A stretch of DNA of 64,000 nt. Origin: an uncultured delta proteobacterium (GTDB lineage: Bacteria; Myxococcota_A; Polyangia; Polyangiales; JAFGIB01). Below the pieces are notes generated by a model that ran no database searches, was not told where the DNA came from, and was given only the letters and a program-made list of their open reading frames with translations. Every line of letters begins with the position of its first letter. The stretch's first letter is position 1. Positions 48,959 to 58,542 of this stretch are shown here, piece by piece. The position numbers were made by a program, and so were the translations under genes. Location: NCBI GenBank assembly GCA_963778655.1, contig CAVZVA010000009.1, positions 32,001-96,000 on the forward strand. Direction: 5' to 3'.

Positions 48959-49837
48959 ATGCGCGCACGTTGGGAGGCGCTGCATGCAGCCCTCGACCGT
49001 TCCGTTCGTTCCCTTCAGGCAGAGCAGGCGTTTCAACAGGCAAGGCAGCACCCCGCGCTCGCGCGCTTCGACCAGCCCTTCGAGGTGGTCGAGTACCTCG
49101 CGAGCAAGGGCGGCGACCTCGACGAGAAGGATCGCCTCCTCGGCGTGCTCGTGACCCTCGTGCAGCGGCGCGAGCACCACGAGCTCGTGAGCGGGCTCCT
49201 GTGGCTCGGGCTCTGGCCCGGCCTCGACGCCGTCTACCGGCGGCGGCAGCGCAACTTCCGGGGACAGCCCGAGGAGCTGATCGCCGAGCTGGCCGACGTG
49301 TTCACGGGCATCATCGAGCGGCTCGACCTCGCGGTGGTCCACCGCGTGGCCGCGACGCTCGTGCGCAGCACCGCGCGCGACCTCATCGATCGCCGCCGAC
49401 GCGTGTGGGCCGACGCTGACCGGATCGTCTACCGGGACACCTTCGAGCCGGTACGTGACCAGGACGACCGCATCATCGTCGCGAGCCACCTCGACCGCCT
49501 TGCGCGCGCCGAGTGGGAGGCGTCGCAGGCGGAAGCCCCGCTCGGGCTGACGCAGGGGCTGTCGTTCGAGGACGACGTCGCCGAGCTGCGCGTGTGGCTC
49601 ACCGAGATCATCGGCGCCGACGCCGAGCTGCTGCTCGCGGTGCTGGTGCTGGACGAGAACCAGCGCGAGGCCGCCCAGCGCCTCGGGCTCTCGCACGACG
49701 CCGCTCGCAAGCGCTTCCAGCGCGCGCTCGGCCGACTCCGCGAGCACCTCGCGAGCTCGCTGTCCCACTCCGACCTCGCGGGCCGCGTTTGCCTCCCCAC
49801 GAACCGGATGAACCGCCCGGAGGAGCCGACCGCATGA
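48959..49837 (+). CDS. Sigma-70/ECF-like factor 1
   Basis: Region-4 HTH QREAAQRLGLSHDAARKRFQRALGRLR; region-2-like N-terminal half. Confidence 0.8.
   Translation: MRARWEALHAALDRSVRSLQAEQAFQQARQHPALARFDQPFEVVEYLASKGGDLDEKDRLLGVLVTLVQRREHHELVSGLLWLGLWPGLDAVYRRRQRNFRGQPEELIAELADVFTGIIERLDLAVVHRVAATLVRSTARDLIDRRRRVWADADRIVYRDTFEPVRDQDDRIIVASHLDRLARAEWEASQAEAPLGLTQGLSFEDDVAELRVWLTEIIGADAELLLAVLVLDENQREAAQRLGLSHDAARKRFQRALGRLREHLASSLSHSDLAGRVCLPTNRMNRPEEPTA
49761..49793 (+). promoter_or_regulatory. Class-A motif inside 3' end of sigma-like gene 1
   Basis: TGTCCCA-N17-GCGTTTGCC. Confidence 0.72.
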
Positions 49838-50082
49838 CCCACGAACCGATCCCCATCCACGACCTGCCCGGCGACGAGGACTTCATCCGCCTGCCGGGCC
49901 TCTTCCGACGCTGGGAGCTGAACGACGTCATCGAGCTCGGCGCGGACTTCCACCTCGAAGACGCCGGTCAGGCCGCCGACGGCACGCAGCTCATCGCGGT
50001 GTACCGGCGCGAGCGACGCAGCACCCGCAACACGACCACCGACAGCAGCAGCACCACCAACCCCAACAAGAAGGAGCAGTGA
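49834..50082 (+). CDS. Small hypothetical protein (MTHEPIPIH...)
   Basis: GGAGGAG RBS, ATGA overlap. Confidence 0.7.
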   Translation: MTHEPIPIHDLPGDEDFIRLPGLFRRWELNDVIELGADFHLEDAGQAADGTQLIAVYRRERRSTRNTTTDSSSTTNPNKKEQ

Positions 50083-50085
50083 CCA

Positions 50086-50841
50086 ATGACGAACAGCATG
50101 TGGCAGCAGACCGAAGAGATGGCGAAGAAGCACGACCAGGGCGGCTCGCTCTGGCTCAAGCTCGCGGGCGATGGCGACAAGGCCGTCGTCGTCTTCCTGG
50201 GTGAGCCGCACCCGCGCGAGGTGGCCTTCGTCGACGGCAAGTACGTCGAGGTCGACGAGAAGATGAAGGCCGCGGGCACGAAGGCCTCGCTGCGCGTCGC
50301 CCTGAACGTCGCCCTCTACGACTCGAAGGAGGTCAAGGTCCTCGAGCAGGGCGTGATGTTCTTCAAGGACCTCGTCCGCGTCCGCGAGAAGTACGGCCTC
50401 GAGAAGTGGGCCTTCGAGATCCAGCGCCACGGCGCCGCGAAGGACCCGAAGACCACGTACTCGATCCTCCCGGAGCACCAGCTCTCGGTCGAGCAGCAGA
50501 AGGCATTCCAGGCGCTTCCGCAGCACGACCTCGTGAAGCTCTACTTCGGCGAGGCGGACAGCGGGGGCGCGAAGGGTGGCCAGTCGCTCGACAGCTACGA
50601 CAAGAAGAGCGACGCGAAGGGCGACGGTACCGTGGCCCCCAACGTCGCGCAGGGGCTCGTCACTGCGCTCAAGGCGCTGCCGCGCGAGGCGACGGACAAG
50701 TTCCTCGCGAAGTTCGGCGTCCAGCGCATCAAGGACCTGCCGACGTCGCAGGTGGAGAAGGCGCGCGCGTTCGTCGAGCAGCTCCAGACGGAGAGCGCCG
50801 CGCCCGCTGCCGCCGAGACCGAGGTCGATCCGTTCGCCTGA
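50086..50841 (+). CDS. Phage single-stranded DNA-binding protein (gp32-like)
   Basis: WLKL..DGD, I.R.G...DP.TTY.I.P, acidic C-terminus EVDPFA. Confidence 0.7.
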   Translation: MTNSMWQQTEEMAKKHDQGGSLWLKLAGDGDKAVVVFLGEPHPREVAFVDGKYVEVDEKMKAAGTKASLRVALNVALYDSKEVKVLEQGVMFFKDLVRVREKYGLEKWAFEIQRHGAAKDPKTTYSILPEHQLSVEQQKAFQALPQHDLVKLYFGEADSGGAKGGQSLDSYDKKSDAKGDGTVAPNVAQGLVTALKALPREATDKFLAKFGVQRIKDLPTSQVEKARAFVEQLQTESAAPAAAETEVDPFA

Positions 50842-50862
50842 GCGGACCGCGAGGAGCCAGCC

Positions 50863-52797
50863 ATGAGCGACTACATCTCCGAGGTCTTCGGGGACGGCGG
50901 GCTCTTCGCCTCGCGGTTCCCCGGCTACGAAATGCGCGAGGGTCAGGTGGCGCTCGCCCGCATGGTCGACGAGGCCATGCGCGGCGGGCGTCACGCCCTC
51001 GGCGAAGGGCCGTGCGGAACCGGCAAGTCGGTCGCGTACGCGGTGCCGGCCGTTCACCAGGCGCACCACGAGAAGAAGCGTGTCGTCATCGCGACCGCGA
51101 ACATCGCGCTGCAGGAGCAGCTCGTCAGGAAGGACCTGCCGATGCTCGCGAGCGTGCTGCCGTGGCCGTTCACGTTCGCGCTGCTGAAGGGTCGCAACAA
51201 CTACGTCTGCCTCGACCGCATGGCCGAGAGCGAAGCGCGCGGCGAGCTGCGTGGCCTCTACTACGACGACCAGCAGCGGCAGGTCGACGACGTGCTCGCG
51301 TGGGCCGAGGCGACGAAGACGGGCGACGTCTCCGAGCTGGCGTTCATTCCGCACGCTCAGGTCTGGTCGCGCTTCTCGGTCGGCTCCGAGGAGTGCAAGG
51401 GCGACGGCTGTCCGTTCCGGGACGACTGCTACGCCGAGCGCGCGAAGGCCACGGCGCAGGGAGCGGACATCGTCGTCACGAACTACCACATGCTCTTCGC
51501 GCACCTCGCCGTGCGCCAGGCGACCGGGCAAGACCTCGTGCTGCCCGCGTTCGACCTGCTCGTGCTCGACGAGGCGCACGAGGCAGCGGAGATCGCCCGC
51601 GAGTTCTTCGGCTTCACGCTGTCGGAGCACACCTTCGGGCGGCTAGCCTCGGCGGCGGCCGACCTCGGGAACAAGCAGCTCGCGGGCGAGCTTCGCCAGG
51701 AGGCGCAGCGCCTGTTCGCGACGCTCGCCGACTTCGCCCGCTCACCCCGGTACAAGAAGCGGCTCAAGGCGCCGGCCTTCGCCAACGACGCTGCCCTCCA
51801 GCGCGCCCTCGGCAAGCTCATGGCGCTCGCCAAGGCCCGCGCCGAGGACGAGCTCGCGGACAAGAAGGAGCGTGCCACGGCGCGCAACGTGGCCAAGATC
51901 GCAGCCACAGCGGCCGCGCGCCTGTCCGAGGGACTCGCGCAGTCGAACCCCGCCTGCGTCTACTGGCTCGACGTCGACAACAAGGGGCGCACCAAGCTCC
52001 GGTCGAAGCCCATCGACGTGAGCGAGCTGCTGCGCGCTGAGCTGTTCTCCCGCTGCCCCTCGGTCTCGCTCGTGAGCGCGACGCTCACCACCTCGGGCAC
52101 CTTCGACTTCGTGCGCCGCGAGCTCGGCGTGCCCGAGGGCGCGCTCGAGGTTGTCGCAGAGACGCCGTTCGACTTCGCGTCGCAGGCGCTCCTCGTCGTG
52201 CCCGAGCGGCTGCCCGATCCGCGCGACGCCGACTTCATCGACGAGGCCGCGCGGATCTTCCAGCACGTGGTCGATGCCTGCGACGGCCGCACGCTGGGCC
52301 TCTTCACGTCGTACCGGAACCTGAACGCCGTCTACGAGCGGCTGGACGGGCGCGAGCACCGCGTGCTGCGCCAAGGCGAGCTTCCGCGCGCGGAGCTGAC
52401 GCGCCTCTTCAAAGAGGACGTCGGCTCCATCCTGCTTGGGACCGAGAGCTTCTGGACCGGCATCGACGTCGCGGGCGAGGCGCTCACCGGGCTCGTCATC
52501 GACAAGCTGCCGTTCCCGCCGCCCGATGACCCGGTCATCGACGCCATCTGCGAGCGCGATCCGCGCGCGTTCGACAACTACCTCGTGCCGCTCGCCATCA
52601 TCGCGCTGCGCCAGGGTGTGGGTCGCCTCATCCGCTGCAAGAAGGACGTGGGCGTCGCCGTCATCCTCGACAAGCGCATCGCGGAGAAGGGCTACGGGAA
52701 GAAGTTCCTCAAGAGCCTGCCGCCGATGCTGACCACTCGGCGCGTCGAGAACATCACCCGCTTCCTCGAGGAGGCTGCCTATGCGCGCGCGAGTTGA
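50863..52797 (+). CDS. DinG/YoaA-family Fe-S helicase
   Basis: GTGKS, KGRNNY.C, DEAH, SATL, FW.GID, KLPF, QG.GRLIR. Confidence 0.95.
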   Translation: MSDYISEVFGDGGLFASRFPGYEMREGQVALARMVDEAMRGGRHALGEGPCGTGKSVAYAVPAVHQAHHEKKRVVIATANIALQEQLVRKDLPMLASVLPWPFTFALLKGRNNYVCLDRMAESEARGELRGLYYDDQQRQVDDVLAWAEATKTGDVSELAFIPHAQVWSRFSVGSEECKGDGCPFRDDCYAERAKATAQGADIVVTNYHMLFAHLAVRQATGQDLVLPAFDLLVLDEAHEAAEIAREFFGFTLSEHTFGRLASAAADLGNKQLAGELRQEAQRLFATLADFARSPRYKKRLKAPAFANDAALQRALGKLMALAKARAEDELADKKERATARNVAKIAATAAARLSEGLAQSNPACVYWLDVDNKGRTKLRSKPIDVSELLRAELFSRCPSVSLVSATLTTSGTFDFVRRELGVPEGALEVVAETPFDFASQALLVVPERLPDPRDADFIDEAARIFQHVVDACDGRTLGLFTSYRNLNAVYERLDGREHRVLRQGELPRAELTRLFKEDVGSILLGTESFWTGIDVAGEALTGLVIDKLPFPPPDDPVIDAICERDPRAFDNYLVPLAIIALRQGVGRLIRCKKDVGVAVILDKRIAEKGYGKKFLKSLPPMLTTRRVENITRFLEEAAYARAS

Positions 52798-54181
52798 CGC
52801 GGCGTTGACGCTCGACGCCCGCGAGGTGCCGCCGAAGGTCGTCGAGCGCCTGTGCCGGATGCTGTCGTTCCCGAACCCCGCGTTCCTCGATCGCCTGCGC
52901 CTCGGCCTGAACCCCGGCGCGGAGCTCGAGACGGTGTGCTTCGTCGAGCAGCGCGCAGGCGAGCTGCGCCTCCCGCGCGGCGCCATCCACGTGCTCCGGC
53001 GCGCCGCCGCGCAGGATGGGCTCATCGTCGCCTGCGAGGACGCGCGCGTGTTGCCCGAGGAGACGCTCGACGTGCCCGCACTCGGCCTCCGCGACTACCA
53101 GTCGGCGGCGGTCGAGAAGCTCGCGAAGGTCACGCAGGGCACGGTCGTCATCCCGTGCGGTGGCGGCAAGACGCGCGTGGGCATGGGCGCGATCGCCAAG
53201 CTGCGCACGCCGACGCTCATCCTCGTCCACACCCTCGACCTCGCCGAGCAGTGGCTCGGGGAGCTGAAGGACAAGCTCGGCCTCGACGCAGGGCTCATCG
53301 GCGATGGCGAAGAGCGCTCCGCGTCCGTGACAGTAGCCGTCATCCAGGCGTTGGTGCGCTGGGAGCCCGCGAAGCTCGACGCCTTCCTCGGCGGCTTCGG
53401 TCTCCTCATCCTCGACGAGGCCCATCACGTTGCCGCGAGCACCTTCCACTCGGTCGTCGACCGCTGCCCTGCGCGCTACCGCCTCGGGCTCACAGCGACG
53501 CCGGAGCGCGAAGATGGGCTGACCGCGCTGCTCGACCTGTTCATGGGCGCGCCGCTCGTCACCGTCACGCACGACGAGCTGGTCGCGGCGGGCGTCCTCA
53601 CGGTGCCCGACATCCACAGCGTCGAGACGGACTTCACGTACCTCTACACGGGCGCCGAGGACTACGCGCCGATGCTCGCCGCCGTCGCGAGCGACCCGGC
53701 GCGCAACGCGCTCATCGTCAAGCACGTCGTCTCCGAAGCGCGCAGCGGCCACGTCTGCCTCGTGCTCTCCGGGCGCATCGACCACTGCCACACGCTCGCC
53801 GCCGCCATCGAAGCCGAGGGCGTCTCGGCGGCGCTGCTTACCGGGGAGGTCAAGCGCGCCGTCCGCAAGGAGCTGCTCGATCGCGCCCGCGCCGGGGAGC
53901 TGGCGGTCATCGTCGCCACCAGCCTCGCCGATGAAGGCCTCGACCTGCCGCGCCTGTCCCGCGTGTTCCTCGCGTACCCCGGCCGCGCGCGCGGTCGCAC
54001 CGTGCAGCGCCTCGGGCGCCTGATGCGCCCGCATGCCGAGAAGACCGACGCCGCCCTGTTCGACTTCGTCGACCGCAAGGTACCGCTCCTGCGTCGCCAC
54101 CACCTCGAGCGCAGGAAGCTCTACGCCGAGGTGCTGGGCGTGCCCGCGTCGAAGCTCGGCACGCGCAAGGGAGCCGCATGA
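52781..54181 (+). CDS. SF2 helicase (UvsW/XPB-like)
   Basis: LRDYQ, GGGKT, DEAHH, TATP.R.DG, EGLD.P, QRLGR. Confidence 0.93.
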   Translation: MRARVDAALTLDAREVPPKVVERLCRMLSFPNPAFLDRLRLGLNPGAELETVCFVEQRAGELRLPRGAIHVLRRAAAQDGLIVACEDARVLPEETLDVPALGLRDYQSAAVEKLAKVTQGTVVIPCGGGKTRVGMGAIAKLRTPTLILVHTLDLAEQWLGELKDKLGLDAGLIGDGEERSASVTVAVIQALVRWEPAKLDAFLGGFGLLILDEAHHVAASTFHSVVDRCPARYRLGLTATPEREDGLTALLDLFMGAPLVTVTHDELVAAGVLTVPDIHSVETDFTYLYTGAEDYAPMLAAVASDPARNALIVKHVVSEARSGHVCLVLSGRIDHCHTLAAAIEAEGVSAALLTGEVKRAVRKELLDRARAGELAVIVATSLADEGLDLPRLSRVFLAYPGRARGRTVQRLGRLMRPHAEKTDAALFDFVDRKVPLLRRHHLERRKLYAEVLGVPASKLGTRKGAA

Positions 54182-57100
54182 GCCAGCTCGGCCCCGACGA
54201 GAACACCATCCGCGCCACGTGGCGCTGGCTCGCCCACGGCGCGCACGGCGTCTCGGAGGTGCGCGTCATCCGCCCTGCGGGCGGCATCATCGGCATCGGC
54301 TTCTTCGACGACGAGGAGGACTTCGTTCGCGAGTGCGTGCGCACCAACGCGGCGGGCAACGTCTACGTCGGCATCCAGCCGCGCCCACGCCGTCTCTTCG
54401 ACGCCGCGCCGAACGTCGTGCGCCCGCTCAAGACCGGCGCGGGCCGCAAGGACATCGAGGTCATCACCGCAACGGTCATCGATCTCGACCCGGTACGCCC
54501 CAAGGACACAGCCAGCACCGACGCCGAGCTGGCGCTGGCGATGGCCGCCGCGAACGAGGCGATCGCATGGTGCGAGTCCGAGGGGCTCGTGCGCCCGCGC
54601 CTGATGATGAGTGGCAACGGCGCGCAGCTCTGGTTCGCGCTGCCGCCCACCGTGCTCGAAGGTGAGCGCCGCGAGCGGCTCCAGGCGGGGCTCAAGGCCT
54701 TCGAGACGAAAGTCCGCGAGCGCGCGCAGACCGACGCGGTCCACGTCGACTCCATCCACGACGTCGCCCGCATCATCAAGGTGATCGGCACCGTCAGCCA
54801 CAAGGGCGACGGTAAGGGCGACCGCCCGCACCGCGTGAGCGCCGCGCTCTCCGGTTTCGACCGCCGCGAAGATGACAAGCTCCTCGCACGCCTCGACGTC
54901 GAGCCTGAGACGACGCTGCCCGTCGCTGCTCCGCGCGTCTCGCTCCCGATCGCGGGCAACGTGGCGGCGCCCGGCACCACGAAGGCGAAGCGAACGCCCG
55001 AGGGCGAATACGACTGGGAGCACCCGGTCGAGATGTGCGGCCCCATCCAGCGGCTCTGGGACCACGGCGCCGAGGACCGCAGCGTAGCCATCTTCGACAT
55101 GGTGCGCTTCTTCGCGCACAAGGGGCTCGGGCTCGATGAGATCACCGAGCTGGTGATCGAGTACGACCGCCGGGGCTTGGGCAAGCTGCGCGGTCGCGAC
55201 GGCGTTCGCTACGTCGCCAAGGCCCACGAGAAGGTGCTCGCCACCGCGCGCGCCGACGGCTCCATCGCGCCGCCGTGCCACTCGCTCCAGAAGATCGGCT
55301 TCTGCAGGGTGAACGTCGAGCCGACGGCGCGGTGCGACCTCTACGACGTCGTCTTCGACATCGAGAGGGCGATCGAGGCCGTGCCCGCCGACACGCCCGC
55401 GCGCGAGCTGGAGTACCGGCTCAAGCCCATCCTCGACGCCATCGCGCACCGCGACCCGTCGGTGCAGTCGAAGTACCTCGGGGCAGTCGAGAAGCGCTTC
55501 GGCCTGAAGGCCAAGGACCTCCGCAAGGCGGTCGCCAAGGCAGCCACAGCGCCCGCGCGCGAGGACGGCGAGGGCACCGATCCTGAGAGCAGCGACGAGG
55601 ACATGGAGGGCGCGATCTTCGAGGACGCGTCCTGCTACTACTGCATGACCGCGCGCGGCGAGTCGAAGGTCATCTCGTCGTTCACCATCGAGCCGACGAT
55701 GCGCGTCCTCACCGAGGACGGCGAGATGATCTTCGGCGACGCGCTCACCGACAAGCACGGCAAGGTGCCGGGGCTGCGCCTCCCGCTCACCGCGTTTCAC
55801 AGCAAGCGCGACCTCATTCGCCAGCTCCCGTCCGCCGACCTCCAGTGGACCGGCAGCGACAACAACGTCCAGGGGCTCCTGCGAGTGCTCGCGCGCAGGG
55901 ACATCCCGCGTCGTCCGGGCTCCAACATGCTCGGCGACTACAAGAAGGGCGAGCACCACGTCTGGCTCGGGCCGAACTGCGCCATCGGAAAGGAGGGCTT
56001 CATGGAACCGTCACCCGTGATGTACGTCCCGAGCGGCGCCTCGCTCGACAAGCGCATCGCCTACGTGAAGGTCGACGAGGACACGTTCCTCGAGGTCGCG
56101 GCAACGGTCTTTCGCTGCCTGCCGCAGGTGAACCGGCCCGAGGTGATGCTCCCCGTCATTGGCTGGTTCTTCGCCACGCCGATGAAGCCGCGCTTCATGG
56201 AGAGGGTCGGCACGTTCCCGACGCTCTTCGTCTGGGGAACGCAGGGTTCGGGCAAGTCGAGCCTCTGCATCGACATCATGTGGCCGCTCTTCGGCATCCG
56301 AGACGCCGAGCCGTACTCCGCGACGGAGACCGAGTTCGCGCTCCTCAAGCTCCTCACGTCGACGCGCTCGGTGCCCGTTTTCATCGACGAGTACAAGCCC
56401 TACGACATGCAGCGCCAGCGGCTGAACACCCTGCATCGATACCTGCGCCGGCTGTATCGAGGCGAGACCGAGGAGCGCGGGCGTCCCGACCTCAAGGTGA
56501 ACAGCTACCACCTGCAGGCGCCCGTCTGCGTCGCAGGCGAGACGCGCCCCACGGAGGCCGCACTGCTCGAGCGCATCGTCACCGCGAACCCGGACAAGAC
56601 AACGCTCGCGCAAAACCCGACCGCGCGCGCCGCCTACAAGGAGCTGCGCTCGGTGGACCTGGTGATGTTCGCCCCGCGCTACATCCAGTTCTGCCTCGGG
56701 CGCGACTTCGACGCCGACCTTGAGGTCGCGCGCGCCGTGGCCAAGGCGCTCCTCGACGGCCGCAAGGTGCCCGTGCGCATCGTCGAGAACCTCACGGCCA
56801 TGCTGCTCGGCGTGCATCTCTTCGAGGAGTTCGCCAAGCATTGCGGCTGCGAGCTGCCCGACGAGCTCGGCGTCGAAGCCGCCGTCAACGCGATCCTCGA
56901 GGACGTGCTCGAGACCGATCACGGCGTGAAGAACGCCCTCGACCACTTCCTCGAGATGCTCGGCGTGATGGCCGTGCAGGGAGACCTCAAGCACAAAGTC
57001 CACTACGTGTTCGAGAACGGGCACCTCGCCGTCCACCTCGAGAGCGCCTACGACGCCTTCCGCGCGCACTGCAAGCGCATCGACTACGAGGGCGAGATGG

Positions 57101-57330
57101 TCGACCTGAAGGCGCTGCGCCGCCTCGTCACCGAGAGCAAGAAGCAGGGCGGGTTCGTCACCGCCGAGAGCGAGCGCGTCACCTTCGACAGCGGGAGGCG
57201 CCGCGCGTTCCTCGTGGACCTCAGCAAGACCAAGGTCGTCACCGCCGACGACTTCCCGACGCCCGAGGCGGGCGGCACCAGCGGCTTCCGCGACAACTTC
57301 AAGGGCCGCTACGGGCGCGACGACTCATGA
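54178..57330 (+). CDS. Primase-helicase (AEP-type N-terminus, DUF927/Cch-like ATPase, C-terminal domain)
   Basis: IDLD, SGNG.Q, RIIK..GT; G.QGSGKS; FIDE. Confidence 0.85.
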   Translation: MSQLGPDENTIRATWRWLAHGAHGVSEVRVIRPAGGIIGIGFFDDEEDFVRECVRTNAAGNVYVGIQPRPRRLFDAAPNVVRPLKTGAGRKDIEVITATVIDLDPVRPKDTASTDAELALAMAAANEAIAWCESEGLVRPRLMMSGNGAQLWFALPPTVLEGERRERLQAGLKAFETKVRERAQTDAVHVDSIHDVARIIKVIGTVSHKGDGKGDRPHRVSAALSGFDRREDDKLLARLDVEPETTLPVAAPRVSLPIAGNVAAPGTTKAKRTPEGEYDWEHPVEMCGPIQRLWDHGAEDRSVAIFDMVRFFAHKGLGLDEITELVIEYDRRGLGKLRGRDGVRYVAKAHEKVLATARADGSIAPPCHSLQKIGFCRVNVEPTARCDLYDVVFDIERAIEAVPADTPARELEYRLKPILDAIAHRDPSVQSKYLGAVEKRFGLKAKDLRKAVAKAATAPAREDGEGTDPESSDEDMEGAIFEDASCYYCMTARGESKVISSFTIEPTMRVLTEDGEMIFGDALTDKHGKVPGLRLPLTAFHSKRDLIRQLPSADLQWTGSDNNVQGLLRVLARRDIPRRPGSNMLGDYKKGEHHVWLGPNCAIGKEGFMEPSPVMYVPSGASLDKRIAYVKVDEDTFLEVAATVFRCLPQVNRPEVMLPVIGWFFATPMKPRFMERVGTFPTLFVWGTQGSGKSSLCIDIMWPLFGIRDAEPYSATETEFALLKLLTSTRSVPVFIDEYKPYDMQRQRLNTLHRYLRRLYRGETEERGRPDLKVNSYHLQAPVCVAGETRPTEAALLERIVTANPDKTTLAQNPTARAAYKELRSVDLVMFAPRYIQFCLGRDFDADLEVARAVAKALLDGRKVPVRIVENLTAMLLGVHLFEEFAKHCGCELPDELGVEAAVNAILEDVLETDHGVKNALDHFLEMLGVMAVQGDLKHKVHYVFENGHLAVHLESAYDAFRAHCKRIDYEGEMVDLKALRRLVTESKKQGGFVTAESERVTFDSGRRRAFLVDLSKTKVVTADDFPTPEAGGTSGFRDNFKGRYGRDDS

Positions 57331-58542
57331 CTTCAACGCCTTGTCGTCAGGGAGCGGCACGCCGAGCGCGCGGGCCTCGCCGAGCATCTTGATCGCCTTG
57401 GCGCGTGCCTGCGTCTTGTTGCGCGCCAGCTCGTCGCTGCCCGAGGTCTTCCGCTTGCCCTTGGCGGGCTTCTCCTCGCGCGGCTCACTCTGCTTGTCGC
57501 CGAGGAGCCGGAGGTTCGCGAGGCTTGGGTCGAAGTGGACGTGGCGCGGGTTGAGCGGCAGGCGCAGCATCCCCGGGCGGTCCGTCGACGACTGGAGGAG
57601 CGCCTTGCGCTCGGCTGCGGTCATGCCGGCGTACCCGTCGGGCTGGTCAGCGACGAGCGCGTTGCGCAGCTCGACGAGGTCCACCTCGCGCTCGTCGAGC
57701 TGGAGGTGCGGAGCCTTCTTCAGCCAGCCTCCTTCCTCGAGGTCGGGCGCCGCCGCCCGCGCCGCCGCGAGTCGGAGGAGACGCGCAAACTTCGCGTCGC
57801 TGACGCGGAAGGCGGCGAGCAGCTCGCCGTTGAGGCGGACCACGTGCCGCTCCGGCTCGGATGCGAACGCCAGCTCGACGTCCTCGAAGAGCGCCTCCTT
57901 GGCCTTCGCGCGGGCCGCCCACGACTCGGGCCAGAGCAGCTTCAGCGCACGGTGCAGCCCAAGCCCCGGCGCGTCGAGCCCGAGCTCGGCGTGACCGTCA
58001 CCGACCAGCCGTGCCTCCCTTCGCTCCGGGACCACCACCGCGACCGCGTCGGCGCCCGACGCGCGCCGCAGCTCGAGGATTGGCCCGCGCTGCCTGCTCC
58101 CCTCGGCGGTGGCGAACAGCACCAGCGTGCGCCCCACACGGCGCTCCAGGACGCCGAGGGGCAGCAGCCCTTCGAGGCCCGCGACGCTGGTCGCTTCGAG
58201 CGCCTCCTCAGCGCACACGCGCGCCACGACGGGCCCCAGGACCGCCGTGCGGTCGAGGGCGAGCACCGCGAGCTCGGTCTTCGTCAGCGGAAAGGGCTCG
58301 CACTCGGCTGGGACGTTCCCGCAGACCGCGACGAACCCTCCGTCGCGCTCGTGGACCAGGCGCGGGCAGCCGTCGCCGCCGCCGTTCGGACACGGGAACA
58401 CCCCGGCGCGCTCGCCGGTCGGCCTCAGGTGGGGCTTGATCAGCGCGAAGTCCTGGCCGAAGCGCTCCTGCCACTCGGCGAGGACCGCGCGGTTCCAGGG
58501 CGCTGCCTCAAGCGAACGCTGCAGCCGGAGCAACGTCTGCAT
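57325..58542 (-). CDS. Hypothetical protein with N-terminal Cys4 cluster
   Basis: CP.....CP...C.....C; overlaps upstream gene end. Confidence 0.7.
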   Translation of the reverse strand: MQTLLRLQRSLEAAPWNRAVLAEWQERFGQDFALIKPHLRPTGERAGVFPCPNGGGDGCPRLVHERDGGFVAVCGNVPAECEPFPLTKTELAVLALDRTAVLGPVVARVCAEEALEATSVAGLEGLLPLGVLERRVGRTLVLFATAEGSRQRGPILELRRASGADAVAVVVPERREARLVGDGHAELGLDAPGLGLHRALKLLWPESWAARAKAKEALFEDVELAFASEPERHVVRLNGELLAAFRVSDAKFARLLRLAAARAAAPDLEEGGWLKKAPHLQLDEREVDLVELRNALVADQPDGYAGMTAAERKALLQSSTDRPGMLRLPLNPRHVHFDPSLANLRLLGDKQSEPREEKPAKGKRKTSGSDELARNKTQARAKAIKMLGEARALGVPLPDDKALKS

